Source: Scenedesmus sp. PABB004
Lineage: Eukaryota
Assembly: GCA_014905635.1 (NCBI GenBank)
Contig: JABVCE010000022.1
Location: 1-64,000 of the forward strand
DNA: 64,000 nucleotides
Reading direction: 5' to 3'
The position numbers and the translations under genes are program-made. The notes below the pieces were generated by a model. That model made no database searches. It had not been told where the DNA came from and saw only the letters and a list, made by a program, of their open reading frames with translations. Shown here in pieces: positions 1-11,854 of the stretch; the stretch's first letter is position 1; each line of letters starts with the position of its first letter.

Positions 1-1056
1 CCCGCCCCCGCGGCGCTGCGCACCCTGTCGCCGGTGTAGCTGATGTCGAGCTGCTTGTGGGTGTATATGAGCGTGATCGGCGCGTCGCCGCCGCCGCCGC
101 CGGGGGCGGGCTTGACTCGCCGACAAAGCCCCACACCGGCAGGTCGTCCATGAACAGCTCATACCTGGGGCAGGGGCGGCGGCAGGCCGGGGGCGTCGGC
201 GCGCGCGTGCGCGCCCGCCGCCGCCGCCGCCAGCTGCTGCCCCCGCCGCGCCGCGCGGCGCAGCCCTGGCCCGCGCGGCGCGCCCCCGCCGCCGTCGCCA
301 GCTCCGTGGAAGCTGCTGCTGGCCCCGCCCCCGCCCCCGCCGGCGGCGCGTGCGCGATCCCCCCCCCCCCCCCCCCCGGCGCACCAGTAGTGCCGCTCCA
401 CCGCGTATGTGAACTCCTCAATGTCCGACTTGGACGGCGAGATGCTGCACATCACGCTCTTGAGCACCGGCTCTGCGCGCGCGCGCGCCCGCACGCACGC
501 ACGCACGTCGGCCGCGCCGCGGCGCGCCGCGCGCCTCGGCCGCGCACGCCGCCGCGGCGCCGGCCGCGCCGCGCCGGGTTGCGCGTGCCGCCCCGCCGCG
601 CCGGCGGCTGCCGTCGCCGCCGACCCGTGTGCGCGCTGCTGCGCCGGCGCGCTGCGTGCGCGCTGCTGCTGCCACCGATGCTTGCGCGCGCGCCCGCCAC
701 GCCATGCCGCGGCGGCGGCGGCGGCGGCAGGGGGCGGTGCGGGGCGCACCCTTGAACTTGATGTCGAGCTGGCTGTTGATGAGCTCGTTGCCCTGCAGCA
801 CCTCGCCGAGCCCGCCCCAGCTGTGCTCGTCCTTCTCGCCCGGCCGCGGCTTGCAGAAGGGCAGGGCGTAGTAGTTGTAGGTCTCCTGGGGGTTGTTGTA
901 CGGCCCGACCTTGTTCACCCACAGCGGCACGGCCTCGCCGTCCTTGTAGCGGTGGTTGGACTCGCCGCCCGCGACGCCCCGCGCCACCGCCAGCAGCGCC
1001 AGCGCCGCCACCGCGAGGGCGCCGCGCGCCGCGCCCGGCCACCCGCGCCGCCGCAT
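1..1056 (-). CDS. Transmembrane 9 superfamily (EMP70/TM9SF) protein, 5' part; continues beyond window start
   Basis: Signal peptide followed by [35 protein letters not shown]...[12 protein letters not shown], then exons YAVERHYW / [15 protein letters not shown] / [15 protein letters not shown]. Apparent 1-nt frameshift near 117. Confidence 0.93.
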
Positions 1057-1407
1057 GGTCGGCCCGGCGGCGCCGCGCCGCGCCGCTCAACCGCTGCTGC
1101 TGCTGCCGGCGAGCCGCGGGCTGCCCCTGCCGCGCGACGCTCAGCAGCCCACGCTGGCCGCCATCCGCGGCCGGGAGAGGGGGCGGGAGGCGCAGAGCCG
1201 CGGGGCGGACCTGTGCAGCGAGCTGCTGTTGATGGGTGTCTTGCCCGCTGCAGGCGCCGTGCTGCGCGCTGCGAGCTCGTCTGGATCGCGGTCACTGACG
1301 GCCCGGGCGGGCGTGGCGAGGGAGGGCACGGCGGCGGACGGCGGCTCTCGCGCGTGCGCTGAAGCGCCGCGCCGTGCCCGGCCCCTCCCCAGCGGGCCCG
1401 GCGGTCG

Positions 1408-3307
1408 TCACCAGTGTGTGCCGTTGGCTGCGGCGGCGCACCCGCCGCCCGCGTCGCTCGGCGCCACGCTCGCACCGCCGCTCGGCGTGGGCGGCAGCAC
1501 CGACGGCGGCCGCCCCGACAGCGTGCGCCGCTGCCGCGGCTGCAGGTGCCAGTTCCACGGCTCCGGCGCGCTCTGCGCCACGCCCGCGACGCGCTCCGCC
1601 TGCGCAGGGCGGCGAGGTCGGCGAGGTCGGGCGGCGCCCCGCGCGGCGCGCGCGCGCGCGCGCCGGCCTGCGGCCCCGCGCCGCCCGCCGGTCCGCGCAC
1701 CAGCTCGCCGACGCGCTCCCGGTCGTCGAGGATGTGGGCGCTCCACTTGCGCGTGTAGCCCATGGCCGCGAGGCCGAGCACGAGGAACGCGATGGTCAGC
1801 AGCCGTGCGGGCAGGCTGGTGTCAAACTTGATCCACGCCGCGACAGAGAGGTTGGCAAAGAGGCAGGGAATGCCTGCGGCGGCAGCAGCGGCGGGAGCCG
1901 GGCCCCGTTCAGGCGCGTGGTGCTGGGCGCTGGCGGCGGCGGGGCGGGGGCCGCGCGAGCGCGCACGGTGTGGGGGCGCACCCAGGCCGAACAGCAGGAA
2001 CGCGCGCCGCCAGCTCGCCTCGCAGCGCTGCGTCCAGTGCGTCGCGAACGAGCGCGGCGGCGCGGGCGGCCGGTCGCCGGGGCTGCGGCGGCGGGCGCGC
2101 GCGCGCGGCGGGCGGGGCCCCGCTCGACCGCCGCACCCCTCCACCAGCGCGACGCCCCCGCCGCCCTGCCCCCTCCACGCGCCGCACGCAGCGCACAGGC
2201 CCACGGCGCGCAGCGTGCGCAGCGCGCGCAGCAGCGGCGTGCCTATAGTGCTTGATGAAGTCCCGCGCAGCCGCCATGAACTCGGCCTCTTCCTCATCAC
2301 TCATAAAACCCTGGGCGCAGCAGCGGCGGCAAAACCCTGGCGCTGAGTGGCGGCGCCGCACGCACCCCTGGCCGCGCGGCCGGGCGCTGCGCGTGCGCCG
2401 CGCCGGCGCCGGCTGCGCGCGCGCCTGGCCCGTTTTGAACACGCTGACCAGCATCAGCGAGCAGATGATCACGCAGATGGTCTCCAGGCCGACCTGCCGC
2501 GCCGCGGGCGGGCGGGCGCGGTGGGTCGGGGGTCGGGGTCGGGGAGCCGTCCCCCCGATGCGCGGTCGTCGGCGCTGGCGGCGCGGCGCGGCGCGCGGCG
2601 CGGCGCGCGGCGCGGCGCGCGCCGTGAGTGCCATGGTGACGCCGAACAGCGGCAGCACCGCGCCGGTGACGTCGACAAAGTCGCCAAAGTCAAACTGCGC
2701 GGCGCGGCGCAGGCTCTTGCGGCGCCACGCGCCAGCGGCGCCGCGCCCGCCCGCCCGCGTGCGTGAGCGCGCGCGCGCCGGTCGCCGCGCCTGCAGGAAG
2801 GCAGACAGCGCGAAGCCACTGATGAGGGCGGCGAGCGTGCTGATGGCCTTGAGCTGCTCACTCTTCTCCTCGACGTCGCGGCGGTTCTTCTCGACGACGC
2901 GCGCCCTGCGCGCCACCGCCCGACGCGCCCGGGCCGCGGCGGCGCGTGGAGCGGGGGCGCCACCCCGCGCCGCGCGCCCGCGCGCCCGCGCGCCCCGCGC
3001 GCCCCCCACCAGAGCACGCGCGCGTTGTCGACGTGCCGCTGCTCAACGTCGGCCGCGCGCCAGCGCCGCTGCTCGTCGCTGCGCGGCGGCGGCGGCGCGC
3101 GCGCGCGTGGGCGGCGCGTGGGCGGCACGCCGCGCCACCGCCGCCGCGCGCCGCGCGCCGCGCGCCTCACAGGAACGCGGCCTCCCGCGCCCGCCACGCC
3201 ACGTCGTCGCCGCGCCAGCGCCGGTCCTCCTCGCGCCACTGCCGGCTCAGCGCCGTGTCGTAGCCCGTGAGCAGCGCCTGCGCCGCCTCCACCAGGCGCT
3301 CGTCCAT
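1408..3307 (-). CDS. Orai-like (CRAC) calcium channel homologue, about 9 exons
   Basis: Spliced product MDERLVEAAQ...EQLKAISTLAALISGFALSAFLQ|FDF...LFGVTMALT|VGLETICVIICSLML...WRRAFLLFGLG|IPCLFANLSVAAWIKF. Four hydrophobic helices; TM1 matches Orai [12 protein letters not shown] and the TM3 end matches the Orai W-x-K-F motif. Confidence 0.8.
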
Positions 3308-3686
3308 CGCCGCGCCACGGCGGCAGCTGCGGCGGCGGCAGCGGCAGCAGCGGGCGGCCGCGCGGCAGCAGCGGCGCGGCCCGCTCGGCCGGAGCGCGGC
3401 GGCGGCGGCCGCGGCGGCGGCGGTGGCGGCGACGGCGGGCCTGGCGGCGTCGCCGGGCGTGCGGAGCGGCGGGCGCGTCGGTACGGTGCAGAGACCTGGG
3501 CGTGGCGTGTGACTCCGCCGCCTGTTCGCTGTGCGCCGGCCCCGCCCGAGCATTGTGCTTCTGCGCGGCGCGGTGGGCCAGGCAGCAACGGCGCGCGCCG
3601 CACGCCCGCCCGGGCGCCCGCACGCGCGCCCCGATTCCGCGCCGCCCCCGTCCCTGCACGCCCGCGGCGCCGATACCTGGCGCGCC

Positions 3687-4306
3687 ATGTCGCTGGTCGT
3701 GGTGGGCTTCTCGGTGACCTCGTCGGAGGGCCCCCCCAGCCCCGCCAGCCCCGCGTCGAGCAGCGCGAGCACCGCGAGCGCGATGCGGCAGCGCAGCGCG
3801 CTGAGCGCGGCGCTTCGGTGCTGCGGGCGCGGCGACGCGGCGCCGTTCTGGGACGACTTTGAGAGCGACCCGTCGGAGGAGGAGGAGGACGCCGACGGCG
3901 ACGCGGACTGCGACGAGCTCGAGGCCTGGCGCGGCGCGAGCGGCGCGTCCGTGTCCAGCGCGCCCATGCCGGTGCCGCGACCCCGATCCAGGTGCGCGAT
4001 CGGCGCGGCCCGCGAGGTCGCGGCGGGCCGCAATCGCGCGGCCAGCGGGGGGCGAGATCTCGGCGGACGTGGCCCACCCCAGCTGAGCGCGACCCCCGCC
4101 GTGCGCGCAGGGTGTCGGCCGAGTTCGCGTGGGCGCGGCACCAGCTGCAGCTCGCGGCGGCGCAGCGCCTGGAGGGCGGCGGCGCCGGCGGCCAGGCGGC
4201 GGCCGCGCCGCGCCGGCAGCCCAGCCCGCACCCCCAGGCCGACTGCGCCGTGGGCGCGCCGCCCGGCGCAATGACCGAGCTGCCCTGCCCGCGCGCGCGG
4301 CGCTGA
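3687..4306 (+). CDS. Hypothetical protein, 2 exons (3687-3991, 4111-4306)
   Basis: gccATG start, coding-like acidic stretch FWDDFESDPSEEEED, and a GT-AG intron with a ctgag branch point that keeps the reading frame. Confidence 0.6.
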
Positions 4307-4782
4307 GCGCGCTCGAGAGGCCGGCGCGTGCGCAGCGCGGGGCACACGCCGCTGGCAGGTGCGCGCGCGCTGCGGCGGCGCCCGCCGGCCGCGCGGCGCG
4401 ATCTTGGCGGCTGGCGCCCTGCGCGCCGCCGTGGCCTAGGAGCACGTGACCTTCTTTGTGCCCTAGCGGCAGCACCGTCACGGCGAGCGCCGCCCCGCGC
4501 GCGGCGCCCTCGCCGCGGCGCGGGCCGCGGGCGGCGGGGCGGGCGGGCTCCCGCCCGTGCCCCGGCGCCCGCGGCCCGCGCCGCGCCGCACTTGCTGTAC
4601 AGTGGGGGCCGTCGTGGGCGCCCACCTGGAACTGGCTGCCCAGCACTGCTCTTTGCGTGGCCGGGCTGGCAGACGCCGCGCGCACGTGCCGCGCGCGCGG
4701 CCGCGCGTCGCGCCCGCCGCTCACATGGCGCGTGGCCCGCCCGCCCTGCTAGTGTCATTGGTATTCGTATCACATCATAGAC

Positions 4783-4809
<27 letters not shown>
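4783..4809. repeat. (GT)n microsatellite
   Basis: Direct reading. Confidence 0.9.
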
Positions 4810-4817
<8 letters not shown>

Positions 4818-6002
4818 CTCGCAGGATGCGCGCGCTGGACCCCACCCCCGATTGGCGGCGATGTGTGAGCGGGCACGAATTCTTGCCCCGCGATGTATGA
4901 GCCCCCATGTACACCACACGCACGCACCCCTCGGCGCGGGGGGCGGCGGCCCGACAACACCATCTGCAGCAACACAACTGACTGAGCCGCGCGAGAGCGC
5001 ACACCGTGGCGGTGGCGGCATGACTCGTCCACCGCCTGCATGACCTGATCTATGAGGCGGAGGCCGAGGCCGCGCCGCTCGTGTGCGCGCGCGCGCGCCG
5101 CCGAGCCCGGCGGCGCGCTGCGGGGCGCCGGAGCGGGCGCGCGCGTGTTTGTGTTTGTGTTTGCGTTGTCGCCAGCGTCGTTCTTTGCCGCCAGGGCCGC
5201 GCGGCGCGCACCCCGCCCGCCCGCGGGCGTGGGCGGCGCTCGCGCTGCTGCTGCGCTGCCCTCTCTCTGCCTGCAGGCCCGCGTCGTGTGTATTCCCCAA
5301 CCCGTTGGTGGTGCATCCTCACCGCACTTGATGTTGCCGGAGGCGACGACGCATTGCAGAGGCCGCACAACGAGCCTCCCCAAGGCGCCGCGGGCGCGCG
5401 CGTGCGCTTGGGCGCCGCGCGGCGCCGCGGCGCCGCCGCATCCGTGCCCCCCATGCCCCCCATGCCACCCGTGATTCCCGGCGGCGCATGCGTGGGCTGC
5501 ACTTGCTGCATGCTGGCTCGGGGGGCGTGCCACGATCGTGTCTGTCTGTGCGCGCCTGCTTGCCGTGCCTGCCGCTCTGTTGGCTGTGTAGATCTGCTCT
5601 GCGCCGCGAGGAGGAGGAGCTTCGGTGGACCGCCGTGACCGCCACGCCTCAGGCCGTGCTCCTCGGCGGCGCCTGGCCGCCCGTGCCCCCGCCGTGCGGT
5701 GGGGCGCGGCGCTGGCCGCTCGGCAGCGGCGCCGGCGCCACGGGCGCTCCCCCTGCCTGCGCCCGAGCTCGCACGAGCGCCGCCGGCGCGCCGGCGTGGC
5801 GCCGCCGCGCCACGGGCGACCGCGCGGTCGACGCCGCCGCGCTTCCGTGCGCCCACTACTACGCGCCGTCCGGGCGGCCCCGCCTACTCCCGAGCGTTCG
5901 CCCCGCCCCTCGCGCACCGTCCGCGCCCGCGCCGCGCCCCGCCGGCCCGCGCGATCGGCGCCTGCGACGCCATCAGCCCAGCCTTTGCCTTCAGCATGCG
6001 CC

Positions 6003-6861
6003 ATGGCGTGCTCGACAGCCGCGCCGACCCGCGCGCCCCATGAGTGCGCCTTCGGGGCGCACCGCGTGCAGGTTGGCTTCGAGGAGAAGGCCTGCGGCGC
6101 CGATGCCGGCCCCGCCGACGCCGCCCAGGCGGCCGTGAGGTCGCGCTCGCTGCTCAGCGAGCTGCTCAAGGAGGAGATCTGCAGCGGCGCCTTCGAGGTG
6201 GCCAGCGACTGCATGGCATGCAGCGAGGACGAGGCGAGCGTGGAGGGCGGCGGTGATGGCCTCGACTGGGACGGCTCCTGGTTCGAGCGCTGCCCGCCCG
6301 GCCTCGACGCGCCGCCCAGCCGGGCGGCCGAGAGCGACCGCTCCAGCCAGTGCTCCGCGCCCATCCCCATCCCCGCGGCGAGGTGCGGGCGGGGGGCGGG
6401 AAGAAGAGCTGCGCGGCCTCTCTTTTGCGCCCCGCGCGCGCAGCTGGCCGCCCGCGCGTTCTTCGCGCGTGCGCGCCGGCACAACCTGCGCCCGGGCGGC
6501 AGCTCGCGCCACGACGCCGCCGCCGCCCGACCGCCGCCGCCCGCCCGCCGCCGCCCACCCGCCGCCGCCCGCAGCTACTTCAAGGACGAGATGCAGCGCG
6601 CGGCGCTGCAGAAGCTCAACCGCAAGCGCGCGTTCTACCAGCAGCAGGTCGAGACGGAGCGCATGATGGCGCGCAGCATGGCCAAATCCAAGCAGGTGTG
6701 TGCGCGCGCGCGAGCGGCCGCGCCCCGCGCGCGCGCGCGCGCGCGCCGGCGGCCGCCCGCCCCCGCCCACCCCCGCCCGCCGCGCCGCCCGCGCGCCCCG
6801 GCAGGCCGCTGCCGCCGCGAGGGGCAACAGGCCCCCGGGCCGCCCCGGCGCGCCGGCGTGA
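6003..6861 (+). CDS. Hypothetical protein, about 3 exons (6003-6382, 6575-6696, 6805-6861)
   Basis: gccATG start, coding-like codon usage (LLSELLKEEICSGAF; YFKDEMQRAALQKLNRKRAFYQQQ), frame-preserving GT-AG introns. Confidence 0.65.
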
Positions 6862-8408
6862 GCGCGCCCGCGCGCGCGCCCGTGCCGCCGCCAGGCGGCG
6901 AGCCAAGCCGGCGCGCGGCGTGCAGCAATGCACGCGCAGCGCGCGCCGCTTGGCTGGCGCGCTGCTGCCGCAGCAGGCCCGCGGCCATTGCGGCCATTCC
7001 GCCGCGCGGCCTGCGGCGAGCGCACGAGTCGCACTTGTCAGCTCGTTTTGTACCAAAGCTCCCGTGCCTGTGTTGGCGCGGCGCGGGGCGGCCGGCGCGC
7101 CGGCCGCCCCGCGCCGCGCGCAGGCCCCGTGCCTGTCTGCTGGTCCCCCCCATCAACGAGGGGCGTTGTTGCTGCTGCCGTCGCGTGGGGTGCGAGCCGA
7201 CTCGCGCCGGCGGGCCTCGGCCCGCCGCGCGCGCGGGAGGCGCGCCTCGCATGCCAGTGCGAGCCCGCCAGGCGTGCGGCGGGGGCCGGAGCTGTGCCCG
7301 CGGGCACAGCTCCGCCCGCCGCCCGCGCGCGCCGCCCGGCCCCTCTGCGATTCGGCGGGCGCCCTGGTCGGCGCACAGCATTTTGTTTGTTTGTGCGGCG
7401 CGAACCCCGGCACTGCTCCCGCCGCGCGCGCTGCCACGGCGGCGGCGCTCGCTCGCTCTCCCGACCTCCTTGGGGAGCTGCAGAGGAGCTGATTGCTTTG
7501 CGATAGCTACTTACTTGCTGCCGCCGTTGGAGGGTGGGCGCGCTGGCGGGCGGGCGGGAGGGAGGGAGGGCCAGCGAATCAAGCGCTTGCGAGGGGCCTG
7601 CCCCGTCGCGCGCGGCGCGCGCAGGACTGCATTTTAAGGGGGGAGAGGGCGTGCCCGGCGTGACCGCGTGACCGCTGCGCACGACGCGCGCCGCGCTGCT
7701 GCGGACCAGTTTCACAGCGGCGCGCACGCTCCAGGGCTGCGTGTGTGTGGCGCGTCGCCCGGGGGCGCGCTGAACTGACAGCAACAACAACACGCGACGG
7801 GGCGGCCCGGACAGCTGCATCGCATGTGTGTGTGCACAGGCCGGCGCCCCGGCGCCGGCAGCAGCAGCAGGTTTGTGCGTGCGCGTGTGTGAGGGGGTGG
7901 GAGGGGAGGAGGGGGCTGGACTTGGCCAGGCCAGGCTTGTGCAAAGGGGGCGGCCGTGTGCTGCGCCGCCGGGCCGGGCCCGCGGTGGCGGCGCTGCAGG
8001 GGCTGGGGGGCGTGCGTGACGATGCGATGCGATTCATCCCAATGGTGTGCGCGTGCAGAGAGAGGCGCGGCCGTTATGTTTGGCGCGCGCGCGTGTGCAG
8101 CTGGGTGGCAGCCCAATCTCTCCCTTGTTCTTCCTAGACGGCGTGCTCGCTCCACCCTGTATACAGCTGCACGCGACCACCCACCCACCACCAGCGGGGT
8201 GCCCGCGGGCACGCGGCGCGCACGCGGGGCGACTCTCTTCTCTGACCTGGCAGAGCCTCTAGGGCTGGGCTGCACTCGTAGCGTGGGGGGCTGCGGCTCG
8301 GCGCGGCGGCGACGGTGGTTGCGGCCGAACGCGTAACTGCTCTCGTGTCACACGCGCGCGGGGGGCCGTGCCCGCGTGCCGCGCCTGCCCGCGGCGGCGG
8401 CCGCCCGC

Positions 8409-9907
8409 TCAGTCGTCGTCCTCGCGCACGTCGCTCGCCGCGCCGGTCGCGAGCGTGAGCCACACGACGCGCAGGATGAGGCCAAACCAGTAGCAGTGCA
8501 GCAGCAGCAGGCCGAGCAGCAGCGCGTTGAAGGCGCGCAGCCACGCCGGCGCCGGCCCGCCGCCGAGCACGGCCGGCAGCTCAAACAGGCTGCTGCGCAG
8601 GACCATGAGCGGGAACGCGACCAGCCGCAGCGCGAGCCACGCCGCGACAAAGACGGCAAACAGCCCGACCGCCGCGTCCTCGCGCGCCGCATACTTGGCG
8701 AGCTTGGCCGCCTCCATGAGCACGTCACACGCGTCGTGCAGCACCATCACCACCACGCCGACGCGCCAGAAGCTGCGGCGCCGCCGCCGCGCGGGGGGTC
8801 AGCGCGCAGCGGGTAACCGCGCGGCGGGTGAGCGCGCGCGCGCGCGGGGCGCGCCTGCCGCCGCCGCGGCGCGCGCACCCGAGGTGCAGCGACGCGGCGA
8901 TGAGCACCACGGTCGCGACGTGGTGGGCAAACATCGCGGCAAAGTCCCGCCGCCGCACCTCCCAGGCGACGATCATGAACACGCTCGCGATGTAAAAGCC
9001 CAGCTCGAGGCTGTACAGCAGCTGCATGGGCAGCCTGCGGAGGCAGAGCAGCACGCGGCGGCGGCGGCGGCGCGTGGGCGGCCGGGGGGGCGCGGCGGCG
9101 GCGAGCCCGCGGCGGCGGCCGGCCCGCCGCGGCGGGCCCGCGGCGGCGGCGCACGTGAACTCGTGGTGCGGCCAGCCCACCCAAAACTGCCACGTGTCGA
9201 GCAGCCAGGGCTGCTGCCACACCGCGGCCAGGCCCAGGCCAAAGAAGGCAGTGTAGACGCACAGCTGCGGGCGGCGGCCCAGCGGCGGCGGACGCGCCGG
9301 CGGCGGCGCTGCGTGTGCGCGCGGGCGCGCCAGCGCCAGCGCCCCGGCGCGGCCGCGCCGCTGGCGACGGCCGGCGGCCGCGCCGCGGTCGCTGCCGCTG
9401 CGGCTGCTGCCGCCGCTGCCGCTGCCGCCGCCCCTGCCGCTGCTGCTCGGCGCGCCCCGCCCGCCCCTGCGGCGGCGCACCTTCCAGAGCGACTCACAGA
9501 ACTTTTCCACCGCCGAGTGCATGCGCTCCGGCGTGACCTTCCCCTCCCTCGCCGCCCACACCGGCTGCAGCACGGCCAGCGCCAACGGCTGCGCGGCCGC
9601 GGCGGTCGCGGCGCAGCTTGGCGGTCGCGGCGCGGCTGGCGGCCGGGCCGCGCGCGCTGGCGCGCAGGACACCTCACCGCCCCGCGCCCGTGCGCGCGCA
9701 CCTGGAACACGGTGGCGTGCAGCAGCCATCGCAGCAGCGGGAAGCACAGCGCCAGGCCTGGCCGCGGCCGGGCAGGCGGGCGCCGCGATCGATCGCGGCG
9801 GCCGGCCGGCACGCTGCCAGCGGGGCGCCCGCGCGCTGCGCGCCGGGCCGCTGCTCACCCAGGGGCGCCGCCACCTGCGTCCAGCCCATCTCAGTCGCCT
9901 CGGTCAT
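8409..9907 (-). CDS. Ceramide synthase (LAG1/LOH, TLC domain)
   Basis: EKFCESLWK, LELGFY, Lag1 motif RRRDFAAMFAHHVATVVLI...VLHDACDVLME, C-terminal SDVREDDD. Confidence 0.93.
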
Positions 9908-10296
9908 GGCGCCGCCCGGGCGGGCGGCGCCCGCTGGCCGCGCCCCAGCCGCAGCAGCGCCGCCGCGGCGGTTGCGGGAGCAGCAGCGGCCCGGATCGCG
10001 CGTCTGGGGCGGCCTCGATGCGCGGGAGGCTCGGCAGCGTTTCTGGCCACCGGGCCGACAGCGCGGGAGCGGAGTCTGGGAGCAGGCGCGGGCTCAGGCG
10101 AGTGACACGATGGCGCAGGCCGCGCCCAATCACGCGCGCCCCGGCGCCCATTCGCCCACTCCCCGGCCCCCCACCATCACCGAGCTCGCCCCGCCTGCCC
10201 CCGCCAAGCGCGTGCCGCCGCCAGCGCCGGCAGCAGCAGCGGCGGCAGCGCGCGAGCAGCGGCGGCGGCGCCGCCGCGCCGCACGGCGACGCGGCC

Positions 10297-10644
10297 ATGC
10301 CGCCGCGCGTGAAGCTGCCCTACATTCCCTACCCCATCGGCGCCAACAACAACCTCGTGCGCGACCACATGCGCCGCCAGGCGGTCGCGGCGTTCGAGGT
10401 CGACCGTGCGGTGCTCAAGGCGCTCACGACCGACCAGAGCCTGCCCTTTGGCGTGCGGCAGCAGGTGCAGCGCATGTTCGAGACCGAGGTGCCCCGCGAC
10501 AGCGCCGCCGTGCGCGTGCGCAACCGCTGCGCGCTCACGGGGCGCGCGCGGGGCGTGAACAGCTTCTATCGCATCTCCCGCATCCTCTTCCGCACGCTCG
10601 CCGCCGAGGGCCTGCTGCCGGGCGTGAAGAAGCACGTCTGGTGA
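10297..10644 (+). CDS. RPS14: Nucleus-encoded mitochondrial ribosomal protein S14 (uS14m), intronless
   Basis: RDHMRR...PRDSAAVRVRNRCALTGRARGV...RISRILFRTLA.EGLLPGVKK.W is the uS14 signature. Confidence 0.92.
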   Translation: MPPRVKLPYIPYPIGANNNLVRDHMRRQAVAAFEVDRAVLKALTTDQSLPFGVRQQVQRMFETEVPRDSAAVRVRNRCALTGRARGVNSFYRISRILFRTLAAEGLLPGVKKHVW

Positions 10645-10856
10645 GCGGGGGCGCCCGCGGCGCCGGCGGCGGCGGGAGCGGCGGCGGGAGCGGCGGCCGG
10701 CGGCGCCGGTGGCGGCAGGAGGGGCGGCGGCGGCGGCGGCGGGAGGCCGCCGCCGCAGCGCCAGCGGCACGCGCAGCAGCGCGTGGTGCGACCGAGGGTG
10801 AACTCAACCTGTGTGGGGCGCTCGCGGCGACCTGCTGGCAGCTGGCCTGCAGGGAA

Positions 10857-10861
10857 TGTAA
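10857..10861 (+). terminator. TGTAA polyadenylation signal of RPS14
   Basis: Chlorophyte UGUAA signal about 210 nt after the stop. Similar signals occur at 24118 (+), 24170 (-), 46197 (-), 56691 (+) and 58667 (-) downstream of other genes. Confidence 0.6.
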
Positions 10862-10870
10862 GCACGACGC

Positions 10871-11854
10871 GCCCGCCCGCTCTGACGGCCCCGTCGCCTC
10901 GCGCCGGCTGTTCGGCGTCACGCGCACGGCGCTTGCATGCTGCACGCACTGGAGGAGCAGGCGTCGGCGGCAAACAGTGGCGCGCGCCGGCTGCGGCGGG
11001 CCCAGCCCGGGCTGTTCGCTGCAGCTCGCCCGGATCCGACGATCGCGGGCACCCCCCGAGTGCGTGGGCGGCGCGTCGCGCGCCCGCCAGCGCCCCTGCG
11101 CAGCGACGAGCCGCGCCAGCTTGACCGGCAGCCTGTGTTACCCGCGCCTGGCCCGCGCTGCCTGGCCGGGCGGCTGCTCCCGGCGTGCGCCCCAGCGTGG
11201 CCCGGCGGCAGGGGCCGCCGGGCCTGCCCCCAGCGTGCGGCGGGGGGAGAGCGCCGCAGGACGCCGGCGGCGCCAGTGACGCCCACGGCAGGGTCGGCGG
11301 CGAGCGCGCGCCTGCTCTGCTGGCTGGCCCACGCGTGCCTGCGTCTGCTGGTGTGTGGGGCGCCAAGGGCGGCTGCCGCGCACCCGCCAGGCTGGGCGGC
11401 GCCGCGCGCGCGCGCGCGCCGGGCGCGGCGCGGCGCGGGTGCCGACAGTCGCCTTGGCGCGGCGCGGCCCCGCCGGCGCGGCCTGCCCGAGCTGCTCGAG
11501 CGGCGCGCGCGACCGCGTGCGTCGCGCGGCCGCGCCCTGTCGGAGCTGCGCTCCCACGCGTGCAAGCGCAGCGCGGGCGGCGTGCTGGCGCTGCCGAGCC
11601 GATCGGCAGGCGCGCGCGGCCCGCCGCAGGGCTGGGGGACCTGGGCCCGCCGGCAGCCTGGGCCCTGACACCCGGAGCCAGCGCGGTGGGCGGCCTCCTC
11701 TGCGCCGCTCCGCTGCGCCCGACACTCCCCGCGCTCCGGACGCACAAGATCTCGCCGTGCCGCACCCTCTGCGCCCGCGCCGTCCGGCGCCGGCATCGGT
11801 TGCTAAGCCTGTGCTGCCCGGCGCGCCCGCGCGGCCGCGCGCCGCCGCAGCCCG
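10871..11854 (+). repeat. Left arm of ~985-bp inverted repeat
   Basis: Reverse complement of 13783-14770; near-identical internally, more diverged in the outer ~70 bp. Confidence 0.95.

Noticed and set aside
4310..5990. Possible gene on the minus strand (ORFs 4770-5300 and 4775-6484)
   Set aside because: No recognisable motif, consistent splice pattern or coding codon bias; more likely UTR and promoter sequence.
7500..7520. tacttacttg resembling the U1 snRNA 5' end (ATACTTACCTG)
   Set aside because: Imperfect match, and no recognisable U1 stem-loops or Sm site downstream.
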